From positions 209,739 to 273,738 of the forward strand of contig OZ246414.1 in the NCBI GenBank assembly GCA_965231125.1: DNA of 64,000 nt, given 5' to 3'. Below the pieces are notes generated by a model. It searched no databases and was not told where the DNA came from. It saw only the letters and a program-made list of their open reading frames with translations. This DNA is from an uncultured Gammaproteobacteria bacterium (GTDB lineage: Bacteria; Patescibacteriota; Microgenomatia; Woykebacterales; RBG-16-39-9b). Numbering within the stretch: the stretch's first letter is position 1; each line of letters begins with the position of its first letter. This document shows, in pieces, positions 21,360-31,465 of this stretch. A program made the translations under genes and the position numbers.

Positions 21360-22550
21360 ATGGCTGAAGCAAAAAAATTTGAAAGAAATAAACCCCACTT
21401 GAATGTGGGAACTATTGGTCACGTTGACCACGGAAAAACAACCCTTACTGCCGCTATTACAAAACACCTTGCTGATAAAGGCAAGGCGGAGTATCGAAGC
21501 TTTGAGACAATCGATAACGCTCCTGAAGAAAGGCAGCGGGGGATTACTATTGCTTTGGCTCACGTTGAATACGAAACTGATAAAAGACACTACGCTCACA
21601 TTGATGCCCCAGGACACGCTGATTACATTAAGAACATGATTACAGGGGCCGCCCAGATGGACGGGGCAATTTTAGTTGTGTCTGCAGCTGATGGCCCAAT
21701 GCCCCAGACTCGCGAACATATCCTTCTTGCTCGTCAAGTTGGAGTGCCGGCAATTGTAGTCTTTATGAACAAGGTGGATACCGTCGACGACAAGGATCTC
21801 CTTGACCTCGTTGAAGAAGAAATCCGCGATCTCCTTTCCAAATATGAATATCCAGGAAAGGAGATTCCTGTAATTCGGGGCAGTGCCTTAAAAGCTCTCG
21901 AAGGAGATGCCGAAGCCCAAAAAAGTATTGATGAACTTTTGAAAGCAATTGATGACTACATTCCAACTCCCACCCGCGATTTAGATAAGCCATTCCAAAT
22001 GCCAATTGAGGATGTTTTCTCGATTAAAGGTAGAGGAACAGTAGTTACTGGTAGAATTGAAAAAGGTAAGGTTAAGGTCAATGATACAGTTGAGATAGTC
22101 GGAATAAAGCCAAAAACTACAGCAACCGTTGTCACTGGTGTTGAGATGTTCAGAAAACTATTGGATGAAGGTCAGGCTGGAGATAACGTTGGTTTGCTAC
22201 TGCGAGGTATTGAAAAAGACGATGTCGAACGCGGTCAGGTTATAGCTCATCCCGGAAGTATTAAACCCCACACTGAATTTGACGCCGAGGTTTATGTCCT
22301 AACTAAAGAGGAAGGCGGTCGTCACACACCATTTTTCTCCGGTTACCGACCACAATTCTACTTGAGAACCACAGACGTCACCGGGGAAGTGACTTTGCAG
22401 GAAGGTACTGAAATGGTAATGCCTGGTGACAGCACAAAAATGAAAGTCAAATTAATTGGTCCGGTTGCTCTTGAAGAAGGGCTTAGATTTGCAGTCCGAG
22501 AAGGTGGTCATACCGTCGGCGCTGGAGTTATCACTAAGATAATTGCTTAA
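21360..22550 (+). CDS. tuf: elongation factor Tu
   Basis: [21 protein letters not shown]. Confidence 0.98.
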   Translation: MAEAKKFERNKPHLNVGTIGHVDHGKTTLTAAITKHLADKGKAEYRSFETIDNAPEERQRGITIALAHVEYETDKRHYAHIDAPGHADYIKNMITGAAQMDGAILVVSAADGPMPQTREHILLARQVGVPAIVVFMNKVDTVDDKDLLDLVEEEIRDLLSKYEYPGKEIPVIRGSALKALEGDAEAQKSIDELLKAIDDYIPTPTRDLDKPFQMPIEDVFSIKGRGTVVTGRIEKGKVKVNDTVEIVGIKPKTTATVVTGVEMFRKLLDEGQAGDNVGLLLRGIEKDDVERGQVIAHPGSIKPHTEFDAEVYVLTKEEGGRHTPFFSGYRPQFYLRTTDVTGEVTLQEGTEMVMPGDSTKMKVKLIGPVALEEGLRFAVREGGHTVGAGVITKIIA

Positions 22551-22577
22551 GCAAACCCTAGGCTCGCTAAAATATTT

Positions 22578-22886
22578 ATGCCAAAAGGTCGCATTAGGGT
22601 ACGTTTAAAATCTTACGACGCAAGAGTTTTGGATGACTCAGCTGAGGATATTTTGGATACAGCAATTCGCACTGGTGCGAAAATTGCTGGGCCAATACCT
22701 TTGCCTACCGAACGTGAATCTTTTACGGTGACAACCTCACCGCATATTGATAAAGATGCTCGGGAACAATTTGAGATAAAGACTCATAAGAGACTGATAG
22801 ATATCATTGAACCAACCCCGAAGACTCTTGACGCTCTGATGCACCTGGAATTGCCCGCTGGAGTTGATATAGAGATTAAAATGTAA
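22578..22886 (+). CDS. rpsJ: 30S ribosomal protein S10
   Basis: S10 homology. Confidence 0.95.
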   Translation: MPKGRIRVRLKSYDARVLDDSAEDILDTAIRTGAKIAGPIPLPTERESFTVTTSPHIDKDAREQFEIKTHKRLIDIIEPTPKTLDALMHLELPAGVDIEIKM

Positions 22887-23000
22887 ATTTTAATCTCTGC
22901 GCAGAGCCTACCGAGATAAAGATTACATCTTTATCTCTGTGCCGACTATGAAATCAAAATGTAATTTTGATTTCTGCGAAGACTAAGAAATCAAATATTA
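22872..23000 (+). repeat. tandem array of three and a half ~37-41-nt units, each a perfect 25-nt AT-rich palindrome plus a TGYGMMGAC spacer
   Basis: Hairpins at 22872..22897, 22913..22937 and 22950..22974. Arm differences between copies are all compensatory. Confidence 0.8.
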
Positions 23001-23084
23001 TGAGCGGTATGTAGATCAATTTTAAATAACAAGAGCAATAAAAAAGATTTATGGACCGAAAGGTCTTTTTTGTTTTTTAAAGTT

Positions 23085-23900
23085 ATGGTAAAAGGTTTAA
23101 TTGCTAAAAAACTAAATATGGGTCAAGTTTTTGATTCACACGGCCGGGCAGTTCCGGTTACAAGGGTCTTAGTTGAGCCAAACTATATAATTCAGATTAA
23201 AACGGAAGATGCGGACGGTTATAAAGCTGTGCAACTAGGGTCTGGTGAAGCAAAGAGGGTCAGTAAGCCACTGGCCCAGCATATTAAGAAAGCAGGATTA
23301 ACAAATCTGCCACGGGTTTTTAAAGAATTTAGATTTGACGGTGATGTTAAGTTAGGTCAAGAGATTAAAGTGGATGAAGTTTTTCATAAAGGAGTTTTGG
23401 TAGACGCTATTGGAATTTCTAAAGGTAAAGGCTTTGCTGGGGTAGTCAAACGGTATGGTTTTGCTGGTGGTCCCAGAACCCACGGACAATCGGATAGAGA
23501 AAGAGCTCCAGGATCTATTGGAGCTACAACTACACCAGGAAGAGTCTATAAAGGGACAAAGATGGCCGGCCACATGGGGGCGGATAGAGTGAAGATGATG
23601 GGTTTAGAAATCGTAGATATAGACGAAGAAAAAAAGGTTTTGAGTATTAAAGGTTCAGTTCCAGGACCAACTGGGAGTTTAATAATTCTTGAAAAATCGG
23701 CAAAGAAAAAGAAGAAATATCATGAACCAGAGATTCCTCAGGTGCCCCATCTTGGTGGCTCGGAAGAGGAAAAATCTGAAGAAAGTAGCCAGGCGGGAGA
23801 GCCTAAAGAATCTTCGCCTGGGCAGCCCAGCGAAGTGGTAAATAAGGAGCAACCTAAACAGACGTCTGCCCAAGAAGTAAAGGAGGAAGCAAATGGCTAA
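23085..23900 (+). CDS. rplC: 50S ribosomal protein L3, with a ~70-aa Ser/Glu/Lys-rich C-terminal tail
   Basis: VKGLIAKKLNMGQVF... L3 homology. Start 23085 is preferred over TTG 23070. No SD is visible. Confidence 0.9.
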   Translation: MVKGLIAKKLNMGQVFDSHGRAVPVTRVLVEPNYIIQIKTEDADGYKAVQLGSGEAKRVSKPLAQHIKKAGLTNLPRVFKEFRFDGDVKLGQEIKVDEVFHKGVLVDAIGISKGKGFAGVVKRYGFAGGPRTHGQSDRERAPGSIGATTTPGRVYKGTKMAGHMGADRVKMMGLEIVDIDEEKKVLSIKGSVPGPTGSLIILEKSAKKKKKYHEPEIPQVPHLGGSEEEKSEESSQAGEPKESSPGQPSEVVNKEQPKQTSAQEVKEEANG

Positions 23901-24594
23901 GGAAGTTACGAAAAAGAAAGAAACTAAAAAACTTCCCAAAAAGGACGTGGGCCCAGCCGCACCTTTATTTAACCAAAAAGGGGAAGCTTTAGGCGAAATT
24001 TCTTTAGACAAAGAAATTTTTGGGAACAAATTGAATGAGAGTTTAATTAACCAGTCTATCAGAGTCTACTTGGCAAATCAGAAGAAAGGGACTGCCTCAA
24101 CTAAGACTCGGGCAGAAGTTTCCGGTGGTGGAGCAAAGCCTTGGAAGCAAAAAGGAACTGGTCGCGCTCGCGCGGGATCAATTCGGGCTCCTCATTGGAG
24201 AGGCGGCGGTGTAGTTCATGGTCCAAGGTCAGGACATGTTAAGCTCTCGTTACCGAAAAAAATGAGACGAAAAGCACTACTTTCAGCCCTATCAGCAAAG
24301 GCAGTGGGTAGTGAGATTATTGTCCTTGAAGAGCTGAAATTTAAAGAGCCTAAAACAAAAACAGCTGCCAAATTAATTGAGAAACTGCCGGTTAAAGGTA
24401 AAAGCTTGGTAGTTTTAGACGAAAAAAATGAAACCACTCAAAAATCGCTAAGGAATTTGACGCAGGTTAGCTTTGACCAAGTTCAAAATTTAAATACGTT
24501 TAGTGTTTTAAATTCAGATAACCTAATTATTACTAAAAATTCTTTGGATAAAATGCGCAAGTTTTACTTAGGAGAAGCCAATGGAGCCAAATAA
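23893..24594 (+). CDS. rplD: 50S ribosomal protein L4
   Basis: L4 homology; 8-nt overlap with rplC. Confidence 0.93.
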   Translation: MAKEVTKKKETKKLPKKDVGPAAPLFNQKGEALGEISLDKEIFGNKLNESLINQSIRVYLANQKKGTASTKTRAEVSGGGAKPWKQKGTGRARAGSIRAPHWRGGGVVHGPRSGHVKLSLPKKMRRKALLSALSAKAVGSEIIVLEELKFKEPKTKTAAKLIEKLPVKGKSLVVLDEKNETTQKSLRNLTQVSFDQVQNLNTFSVLNSDNLIITKNSLDKMRKFYLGEANGAK

Positions 24595-24874
24595 GGTTAT
24601 TATAAGACCGATAATTTCTGAGGCAGCTCTTAAGGAACTTGAGGCGAATAAATACGTTTTTGAGGTTCAAAAGAAGGCTAATAAAAAAGAAATTGCGAGA
24701 GCAGTAAAAGAACATTTTGGTGTAGATGCACTTGTGGTTAGAACTAGAATTATAAAAGGACGTTCTCGTCGCGGTTTAGGTAAGAGAGCGCGCACCGCCG
24801 CAAGTCCATTAAAAAAAGCGACGGTGTTAATCGGTAAAGATCAAAAAATAGATATTTTTGAAGCAAAGAAGTAA
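24581..24874 (+). CDS. rplW: 50S ribosomal protein L23
   Basis: L23 homology. Confidence 0.9.
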   Translation: MEPNKVIIRPIISEAALKELEANKYVFEVQKKANKKEIARAVKEHFGVDALVVRTRIIKGRSRRGLGKRARTAASPLKKATVLIGKDQKIDIFEAKK

Positions 24875-24889
24875 GGCAGCAAAACATTT

Positions 24890-25717
24890 ATGGCGATTAA
24901 AAAGTTACCAGGTAAAAAAAATGCAAGAAGATTTATGACTTCTGTTGTGGCAGAGGTTACTCGGGCTGAGCCGTTAAAATCTCTTACCCACGCGCTGTCA
25001 AAAACAGGGGGTAGGGATGCTTCTGGAAAAGTTAGTGTGCGACACATTGGCGGACGCCACAAGAGACTTTATCGGGCAGTAGATTTTAAAAGGGATAAAT
25101 TTAATATACCGGCCAAAGTGGTTTCTATTGAATACGATCCAAACCGGACCGCTTTTATCGCCCAGCTAAATTTTGTAGACGGCGAAAAGCGCTACATTAT
25201 TGCCCCAGACACTTTAAAAGTGGGTGATAAAGTTATTTCTGGCGAAAACGTGGAGATTAGTTCGGGCAACAGCTTACCGTTGAAAAATATACCTGTCGGC
25301 ACCACGGTTCATAATATCGAGTTGACTCCTGGTAGAGGTGGGCAAATAGCAAGAAGTGCCGGTACCAATGCTACTTTAATGGCAAAGGAAGGGGGCCTTG
25401 CTCATTTAAAAATGCCTTCCGGAGAAGTGCGCAAGGTTTCGCATGATGGGTTAGCAACAATTGGAGTGGTAAGCAAAGTAGATTGGAAAAACGTTATTTT
25501 TGGTAAAGCTGGAAGGAAAAGACACATGGGTATTAGACCAACGGTGCGAGGGGTGGCAATGTCACCGCGGGATCACCCTCATGGTGGCGGTGAGGGTAGA
25601 AGTGGAATTGGTATGAGTTCACCAAAAAGCCCTTGGGGCAAGCCGACCTTAGGTAAAAAAACAAGAAAAAAGAACAAACATTCAGGCGGTTTAATAATTG
25701 AAAGGAGAAAGAAATAA
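24890..25717 (+). CDS. rplB: 50S ribosomal protein L2
   Basis: [21 protein letters not shown]. Confidence 0.96.
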   Translation: MAIKKLPGKKNARRFMTSVVAEVTRAEPLKSLTHALSKTGGRDASGKVSVRHIGGRHKRLYRAVDFKRDKFNIPAKVVSIEYDPNRTAFIAQLNFVDGEKRYIIAPDTLKVGDKVISGENVEISSGNSLPLKNIPVGTTVHNIELTPGRGGQIARSAGTNATLMAKEGGLAHLKMPSGEVRKVSHDGLATIGVVSKVDWKNVIFGKAGRKRHMGIRPTVRGVAMSPRDHPHGGGEGRSGIGMSSPKSPWGKPTLGKKTRKKNKHSGGLIIERRKK

Positions 25718-26001
25718 TGGGAAGATCTCTTAGAAAAGGTCCCTATGTGGATCAAAAATTGTTAAAAAAAATAAAAAGCGCCAAAGAAGCTGGGTCCAGG
25801 GAACCTATAAAGACTTGGGCACGGCGTTCGCAAATATCACCAGATATGGTCGGAGTAACTTTAGCGGTGCATAACGGCAAGAACTTTGTTCCTGTGTTTG
25901 TTACTGAAACTATGGTTGGTCACCGGTTAGGAGAGTTTTCTGCTACCCGTAGTTTCAAAGGCCACGGGACGGTAGCTAAGAGAACTCTGACCCCAACGTA
26001 A
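25717..26001 (+). CDS. rpsS: 30S ribosomal protein S19
   Basis: S19 homology; TAATG overlap with rplB. Confidence 0.95.
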   Translation: MGRSLRKGPYVDQKLLKKIKSAKEAGSREPIKTWARRSQISPDMVGVTLAVHNGKNFVPVFVTETMVGHRLGEFSATRSFKGHGTVAKRTLTPT

Positions 26002-26014
26002 TGGTTGCGTATCT

Positions 26015-26368
26015 ATGAACATTGAAGCAAAAGCTAAAAATTTAAGAATATCACCAAGGAAAGTAAGGTTAGTAGCCGAGAATTTTTCTGGCCGGAAGGC
26101 GGTAGAAGCCTTGGAATCACTACGCTTTGTTAATAAAAGTGCAGCTCGCCCACTTTCAAAAGTAATTAAATCGGCTATAAGTAACGCGACTAACAACAAT
26201 AAGCTTGATGAGAAAAAACTTATTATTAAAGAAATAATTGTGGATGAAGGGCCTAGACTTAAGCGGTATATACCAAGAAGTAGAGGTATGGCCCACCCAA
26301 TTTTAAAGCGGACCTCACATATTAAGGTAGTAGTCTCAGAGGAGGAAATTAATGGGACAAAAAGTTAA
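26015..26368 (+). CDS. rplV: 50S ribosomal protein L22
   Basis: L22 homology. Confidence 0.93.
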   Translation: MNIEAKAKNLRISPRKVRLVAENFSGRKAVEALESLRFVNKSAARPLSKVIKSAISNATNNNKLDEKKLIIKEIIVDEGPRLKRYIPRSRGMAHPILKRTSHIKVVVSEEEINGTKS

Positions 26369-26999
26369 TCCTCGCGCATTTAGGTTGCCAACAAATTATC
26401 AATGGAGCGCAAATTGGATTGCCGATAACAAGAAGTATAAAGATTATGTTGCCCAGGATAGTAAGATCCGAAAGTTTGTTATGGCTAGGTTAAAAAACGC
26501 TGGAGTCGCGAACGTTGTTATTGAACGTTCGATCAATAAGATAAATGTTATTGTTCACGTTTCTCGTCCCGGAATGGTTATTGGTCGGTCTGGTCAAGGC
26601 GTTGAGGAACTAAGGAAGAATTTGGATGAATTGATTGGTCAAAAGATAAGTTTAAATGTGGAAGAAGTGAGAAACCCAGATTTGAATGCCTATCTAGTGG
26701 CGGTTTCGGTTGCAGATCAGATTGAAAAGAGAATGCCAGTGAAAAAAATTATGGCTCAGTCGGTATCTCGAGTTATGAGATCGGGTGCCAAGGGGGTAAA
26801 AATAATTTGCAGTGGTAGGCTTGGCGGAAGAGAAATTGCCGGTAGAGAGAAGTTAGTTGAAGGAAGCGTTCCTTTGCAGACTTTAAGGGCCAATATAGAT
26901 TTTGCTAGCGTACCGGCGAAAACAGCAACCGCTGGTGTAGTTGGTGTTAAAGTGTGGATCTACAAGGAAAAAGAACAAAAGAAAGGTACACGAGAATAA
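26352..26999 (+). CDS. rpsC: 30S ribosomal protein S3
   Basis: KH domain-containing S3 homology. Confidence 0.95.
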   Translation: MGQKVNPRAFRLPTNYQWSANWIADNKKYKDYVAQDSKIRKFVMARLKNAGVANVVIERSINKINVIVHVSRPGMVIGRSGQGVEELRKNLDELIGQKISLNVEEVRNPDLNAYLVAVSVADQIEKRMPVKKIMAQSVSRVMRSGAKGVKIICSGRLGGREIAGREKLVEGSVPLQTLRANIDFASVPAKTATAGVVGVKVWIYKEKEQKKGTRE

Positions 27000-27001
27000 T
27001 T

Positions 27002-27418
27002 ATGTTACAGCCAAAACGAGTAAAATTTAGAAGGGCTTTTAGAGGGAGTAGATCTGGTGTGGCTACTCGGGGATCGACTATTAACTTTGGTGATTTTGCT
27101 TTGAAGTCTCAAGAAGCAGCTTGGGTAAGTGCTAGACAAATAGAAGCAGCCCGCCGCGCAATTACCCACTATACAAAAAGGGGCGGTAGGCTTTGGATAA
27201 GAATTTTTCCGGATAAGCCTGTTTCCAAAAAACCACCTGAGACTAGAATGGGTTCTGGAAAAGGAGCCGTGGATCACTACGCTGCCGTAGTAAAACCGGG
27301 AACTATATTGTTTGAGATCGGTGGAGTTACAAAAGATATTGCGGAGGAAGCTTTAAGGCTAGCAGCCAGAAAATTGCCGGTTGATTCAAAAATTGTGAGT
27401 AAAGAGGAAATACTATGA
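27002..27418 (+). CDS. rplP: 50S ribosomal protein L16
   Basis: [11 protein letters not shown]; ATG at 27002 sits right after the rpsC stop. Confidence 0.94.
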   Translation: MLQPKRVKFRRAFRGSRSGVATRGSTINFGDFALKSQEAAWVSARQIEAARRAITHYTKRGGRLWIRIFPDKPVSKKPPETRMGSGKGAVDHYAAVVKPGTILFEIGGVTKDIAEEALRLAARKLPVDSKIVSKEEIL

Positions 27419-27609
27419 AAAAGATAGATGTAACCGGAAAAGATAAAAAAGAACTGGAGTCTATTCTTGAAAAGACACAGAAAGAAATTTTGGATCTTAA
27501 AATGGAAAACAGTTTAGGTAAACTTAGTAACCCTCGTGTAATTGGGCTGAAAAGAAAAGAAATTGCCCGCCTTTCAACTAGAATTAGGCAGCTGGAGGTT
27601 AAAGCATGA
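27415..27609 (+). CDS. rpmC: 50S ribosomal protein L29
   Basis: L29 homology; ATGA overlap. Confidence 0.88.
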   Translation: MKKIDVTGKDKKELESILEKTQKEILDLKMENSLGKLSNPRVIGLKRKEIARLSTRIRQLEVKA

Positions 27610-27824
27610 TAGGCTACGTTTTAAGTAAAAAATTAGAAAAAACGGCGGTTGTGGTTATTGAGCGAGTAAAACCACACCCTCTCTATAAGAAGCAGATTAG
27701 AACAAGAAAAAAATATCTTGTTCATGACAGTCTTGGAGTCAAAGAAGGCGATAAAGTGAAAATCGCTCAAACTCGTCCAATTTCAAAGAGGAAGCATTAC
27801 AAAATAGTGGAGGTTGTGAAATGA
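27606..27824 (+). CDS. rpsQ: 30S ribosomal protein S17
   Basis: S17 homology; ATGA overlap. Confidence 0.92.
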   Translation: MIGYVLSKKLEKTAVVVIERVKPHPLYKKQIRTRKKYLVHDSLGVKEGDKVKIAQTRPISKRKHYKIVEVVK

Positions 27825-28189
27825 TTCAGTCGAGAAGCATGCTGAATGTGGCTGATAACTCAGGGGCGAAAAGTTTAATGGTTATTGGAATTCCGGGAAA
27901 GAATAATAAAAAAGTTGCTCGTATGGGCGATGTTGTTACCGCAGTGGTAAAAAAGGCAAACGCGGAAGGAGCTGTTAAAGAGTCAGAAATAGTGAAGGCT
28001 TTAGTTGTCCGGGCTAGAAAAGAAAAAAGGCGCGAAGACGGCTCTTACATAAGATTTGACGATAACGCGGCTGTAGTTATTGATAATACAGGGTCCCCAC
28101 GTGGGACCAGAATTTTTGGACCAGTTGCCAGGGAAGTTAGAGATAGAGGATTTTTGAAGATAGTTTCACTGGCCCAGGAGGTAGTTTAG
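27821..28189 (+). CDS. rplN: 50S ribosomal protein L14
   Basis: [17 protein letters not shown]. Confidence 0.96.
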   Translation: MIQSRSMLNVADNSGAKSLMVIGIPGKNNKKVARMGDVVTAVVKKANAEGAVKESEIVKALVVRARKEKRREDGSYIRFDDNAAVVIDNTGSPRGTRIFGPVAREVRDRGFLKIVSLAQEVV

Positions 28190-28494
28190 TGAAGTTTAAA
28201 ATTGGGGATTCAGTTATAGTTACAGCCGGTAAAGATAAGTCGAAGGTGGGAAAGATTGAAAGAGTCTACCCGAAGCTTTATAAAGTGCTTGTTGCTGGAG
28301 TTAATATTTACAAAAGACACAAAAAATCTACTGGTAAAACTCTTCAAGGAGGGATTATCGATATAACAAAACCCTTACCGGTGGCTAATGTCGCTTTAGT
28401 CTGCCCAAAATGTAACTTACCAACTAGAGTTGGTTACAGAATTGAAGGCAAAGAAAAACTAAGAGTTTGCAAAAAGTGTAAACAAGCTATATAA
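28189..28494 (+). CDS. rplX: 50S ribosomal protein L24 with a C-terminal CxxC...CxxC zinc-ribbon
   Basis: KOW motif GDSVIVTAGKDKSKVGKI; C-terminal CPKC...CKKC; GTG start overlaps the rplN stop. Confidence 0.9.
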   Translation: MKFKIGDSVIVTAGKDKSKVGKIERVYPKLYKVLVAGVNIYKRHKKSTGKTLQGGIIDITKPLPVANVALVCPKCNLPTRVGYRIEGKEKLRVCKKCKQAI

Positions 28495-28504
28495 GTCAAA
28501 CACT

Positions 28505-29041
28505 ATGGAAACTTTATTGGAAACAAAAGAAAAATCGGCAAAAGATTTAAATGTAAAAAATATTTTTGCTGTACCTAAAATCGAAAAAATTGTGTTAAAT
28601 GTCGGTTTTGGCGGCCTATCTGGCGATCAAAAGATACAAGAGGCTGTGGCCGCTGGCTTAAAAAAAATAACGGGCCAAGCCCCCTCCTTAACTGCAGCAA
28701 AAAAAGCAATTGCTTCTTTTAAAATCAGGAAAGGGCAAGTGATTGGTGCTAAAGTAACTTTGCGAGGCAAAAAATCTGACGATTTTTTCCGTAAGCTGGT
28801 GAGTATTGTCTTACCGAGAATGCGAGATTTTCGAGGAGTTTCGGCTCGCTCATTTGATGGACAAGGTAACTACACGTTGGGTTTTAGGGAATTTAACGTC
28901 TTTCCTGAGATCGACTATAGTAAAGGTGAAAAACAATTTGGTTTGGAAATAACAATAAAAACTACGGCTAAAACCGACGAAGAGGCCCGAAAACTTTTAG
29001 AAGGATTGGGAATGCGTTTCCAAAAGGAGAAGTTAAAGTAA
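28505..29041 (+). CDS. rplE: 50S ribosomal protein L5
   Basis: L5 homology. Confidence 0.95.
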   Translation: METLLETKEKSAKDLNVKNIFAVPKIEKIVLNVGFGGLSGDQKIQEAVAAGLKKITGQAPSLTAAKKAIASFKIRKGQVIGAKVTLRGKKSDDFFRKLVSIVLPRMRDFRGVSARSFDGQGNYTLGFREFNVFPEIDYSKGEKQFGLEITIKTTAKTDEEARKLLEGLGMRFQKEKLK

Positions 29042-29045
29042 TAAG

Positions 29046-29231
29046 ATGGCTAGAAAATCTTTAATTGAAAAAGCAAAAAGAACACCTAAATTTTCTGTTA
29101 GAGGCCGCAACCGGTGTTTAATTTGTGGACGGCCTCGCGGCTACATGCGAAAATTTGGGCTTTGTAGAATTTGTTTTAGGCAAGCAGCTCACAAAGGGGA
29201 ACTGCCTGGAGTTGTGAAAGCGAGTTGGTAA
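29046..29231 (+). CDS. rpsN: 30S ribosomal protein S14 type Z (zinc-binding)
   Basis: 61 aa with CLICGRP...CRIC. Confidence 0.95.
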   Translation: MARKSLIEKAKRTPKFSVRGRNRCLICGRPRGYMRKFGLCRICFRQAAHKGELPGVVKASW

Positions 29232-29234
29232 GAT

Positions 29235-29621
29235 ATGGATGCAATCGGCGATATGTTAACAAGTATTCGTAACGGTTATATGAGTAGAAAAGAATCAGTA
29301 ATCGTCCCGCACTCAAAACTTAAATTATCGGTGGCAAATAAGCTTGCCGACCTTTCTTTTGTTGAGAAAGTATCTGTAGAAGGTGAGGGAGCGGTTAAAA
29401 ATTTAAATATTCAGTTGAAGTATACGGGTGGTAGTCCAGCTTTAAGTCGTTTGAAGAGAATTTCGAAACCAGGTTTGAGGATTTACTCTCCGAAAAAAAG
29501 TCTCAAACCAGTACTCCGGGGTTTAGGATACGTGTTGCTTTCAACCCCCAAGGGTATTTTAACTAATAAAGAAGCCGTCAAAGAAGGTATTGGCGGAGAA
29601 GTTATTTGTGAGGTTTGGTAA
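29235..29621 (+). CDS. rpsH: 30S ribosomal protein S8
   Basis: S8 homology. Confidence 0.95.
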   Translation: MDAIGDMLTSIRNGYMSRKESVIVPHSKLKLSVANKLADLSFVEKVSVEGEGAVKNLNIQLKYTGGSPALSRLKRISKPGLRIYSPKKSLKPVLRGLGYVLLSTPKGILTNKEAVKEGIGGEVICEVW

Positions 29622-29622
29622 T

Positions 29623-30168
29623 ATGAGTAAAATAGGCAATCAGCCAATAAAAATTCCGGCTGGTGTTGAAGTAAAATCCGAAAAGCACTATGTGGTTGTA
29701 AAAGGCCCTGGCGGTGAGCTCCAAGTAAGGGTTCCCAGTGGTATTACAGTTACCCAAAAGGAAGACCAAGTGGTAGTTGCAAGAGATAGTGACGAACGAC
29801 AGTCAAAAGCAAATCATGGTTTGATTAGAAGTCTGGTTAACAACGCCGTCGTTGGTGTTTCCGAGGGTTTTAAAAAAACACTTGAGCTTTCCGGTGTTGG
29901 ATTTAGAGCAGCGTTGTCACAAGATAAACTTGTCTTATCCATCGGGTTTTCACATCCAGTTGAGGTAGAAAAACCAGAAGGGGTAAACTTCACCGTTTCT
30001 GAAAATAAAATTACAATTTCTGGAGCGAGTAAAGAATTGGTTGGGGACGTTGCTAGTAAAATAAGAAAATTACGACCACCGGAGCCTTACAAAGGTAAGG
30101 GAATAAAATACGAAGGTGAGATAGTAAGGAGAAAAGCTGGTAAAGCCCAAGCCGCAACTACTTCATGA
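29623..30168 (+). CDS. rplF: 50S ribosomal protein L6
   Basis: MSKIGNQPIKIP; ATG follows the rpsH stop. Confidence 0.94.
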   Translation: MSKIGNQPIKIPAGVEVKSEKHYVVVKGPGGELQVRVPSGITVTQKEDQVVVARDSDERQSKANHGLIRSLVNNAVVGVSEGFKKTLELSGVGFRAALSQDKLVLSIGFSHPVEVEKPEGVNFTVSENKITISGASKELVGDVASKIRKLRPPEPYKGKGIKYEGEIVRRKAGKAQAATTS

Positions 30169-30509
30169 TAAGACCAAAAGGAACAATACTTAGAAAAAAA
30201 CGAGTGAGAGCAAAAATAGGTAGCTTGGAGAATCGAGCGCGTTTGAGTGTGTTTCGCTCGAATATTAATATTTACGGTTCATTAATTGAGGTAGGTTCTG
30301 GTAAGACAATAATTTCAATTGGTAGTAAGGATTTGAAGAAAAAATTGGAGAATAAAATTGAAGAAGCTTTTGAAACTGGGGTATTGCTTGGGGAGAAGGC
30401 TAAAGAAAAGAAAATAAAAAAAGTGGTCTTTGACAGAGGTAGCTATAAGTATCACGGGAGAGTAAAAGCTTTTGCAGAAGGTGCCAGAAAGGCAGGTTTA
30501 GTTTTCTGA
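30165..30509 (+). CDS. rplR: 50S ribosomal protein L18
   Basis: L18 homology. Confidence 0.92.
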   Translation: MIRPKGTILRKKRVRAKIGSLENRARLSVFRSNINIYGSLIEVGSGKTIISIGSKDLKKKLENKIEEAFETGVLLGEKAKEKKIKKVVFDRGSYKYHGRVKAFAEGARKAGLVF

Positions 30510-31027
30510 TGGAAGAATACATACCAGAAGAATTTGAGGAAAAGATAGTTCAAGTCAATAGAGTGTCGAAAAAAACCAAAGGCGGCAATCGAATCGGATT
30601 TTCCGTAGTGGTTGTTGTTGGTGACAAGAAGGGTAAGGTTGGTGTTGGACTGGGCAAAGCCCCAACTGTCCAATCAGCTATTAAAAAGGGATCTGCATTT
30701 GCTAAAAAGCACTTAATAAAAGTACCTATGATGGGGACAACGATCCCTCACGAAATTTTCATAAAAAAAGGTGCAGCTAAGGTACTTTTAAAACCAGCCT
30801 CAACTGGTACTGGTGTTATCGCGGGTGGTGCAGTTAGAGCTGTTGTTGAGGCGGCTGGTGTAAAAGATATATTATCAAAAGTACTTGGCACATCAAACCA
30901 AGCGTCGAATGTTTACGCCACCCTTGAAGCTTTAAGACAGTTAAAAGAGAGGAAAGAAAAAACTTTAAAAGTTAAGGCGGCTCCAAAAAAGAAGGCAGCT
31001 ATAAGGGAAGTAGTTGGTCAGGAATAG
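30509..31027 (+). CDS. rpsE: 30S ribosomal protein S5
   Basis: S5 homology. Followed directly by rplO, so no L30 gene is present. Confidence 0.95.
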   Translation: MEEYIPEEFEEKIVQVNRVSKKTKGGNRIGFSVVVVVGDKKGKVGVGLGKAPTVQSAIKKGSAFAKKHLIKVPMMGTTIPHEIFIKKGAAKVLLKPASTGTGVIAGGAVRAVVEAAGVKDILSKVLGTSNQASNVYATLEALRQLKERKEKTLKVKAAPKKKAAIREVVGQE

Positions 31028-31030
31028 ATT

Positions 31031-31465
31031 ATGAAACTTTCGTCTTTAAAAAGCTTAAAAAGTGGTGCAAGAGCCGCAAAAAGGGTTGGCCGCGGTGAAT
31101 CTTCTGGGAAGGGTAAAACTGCGGGCCGCGGTATGAAAGGTCAAAAAGCAAGAGGCGCAGTTAAACCAGAATTTGAGGGTGGGCAACTTCCGATAATCAA
31201 GAGACTACCTTTCCAAAAAGGCGTTGGGAATAAACCCTCTAAACAGGCTTTCACTATTACTTTGAGAGACCTTTCAAAATTAAAAGAGGGTGCTACTGTC
31301 GAGTTAAGAACTCTCAAGGAGGCTAATTTAATTCCGAAGCAGAATGTGAAAGTCAAAGTAGTCGCAACCGGCAACCTCACTAAAACTCTAGTGGTTAAAC
31401 TTCCAGTGACAAAGAAAGCTAAAGAGGCTATCGAAAAGGCAAAAGGAAAAGTCCTAAATGATTAA
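31031..31465 (+). CDS. rplO: 50S ribosomal protein L15
   Basis: L15 homology. Confidence 0.93.
   Translation: MKLSSLKSLKSGARAAKRVGRGESSGKGKTAGRGMKGQKARGAVKPEFEGGQLPIIKRLPFQKGVGNKPSKQAFTITLRDLSKLKEGATVELRTLKEANLIPKQNVKVKVVATGNLTKTLVVKLPVTKKAKEAIEKAKGKVLND

Noticed and set aside
22872-23000. CRISPR array interpretation of the rpsJ-rplC hairpin repeats
   Set aside because: The units are only about 37-41 nt, the spacers are short (12-16 nt) and conserved and not unique, and no cas genes or leader are present.
23050-23077. A strong intrinsic terminator immediately before rplC
   Set aside because: The stem is only 4-5 bp (GGACC/GGTC), so it is noted as a possible attenuator and not called a terminator.
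31027-31031. A hidden rpmD (L30) gene
   Set aside because: Only 3 nt separate rpsE and rplO, and no L30-like small ORF occurs anywhere in the spc segment.
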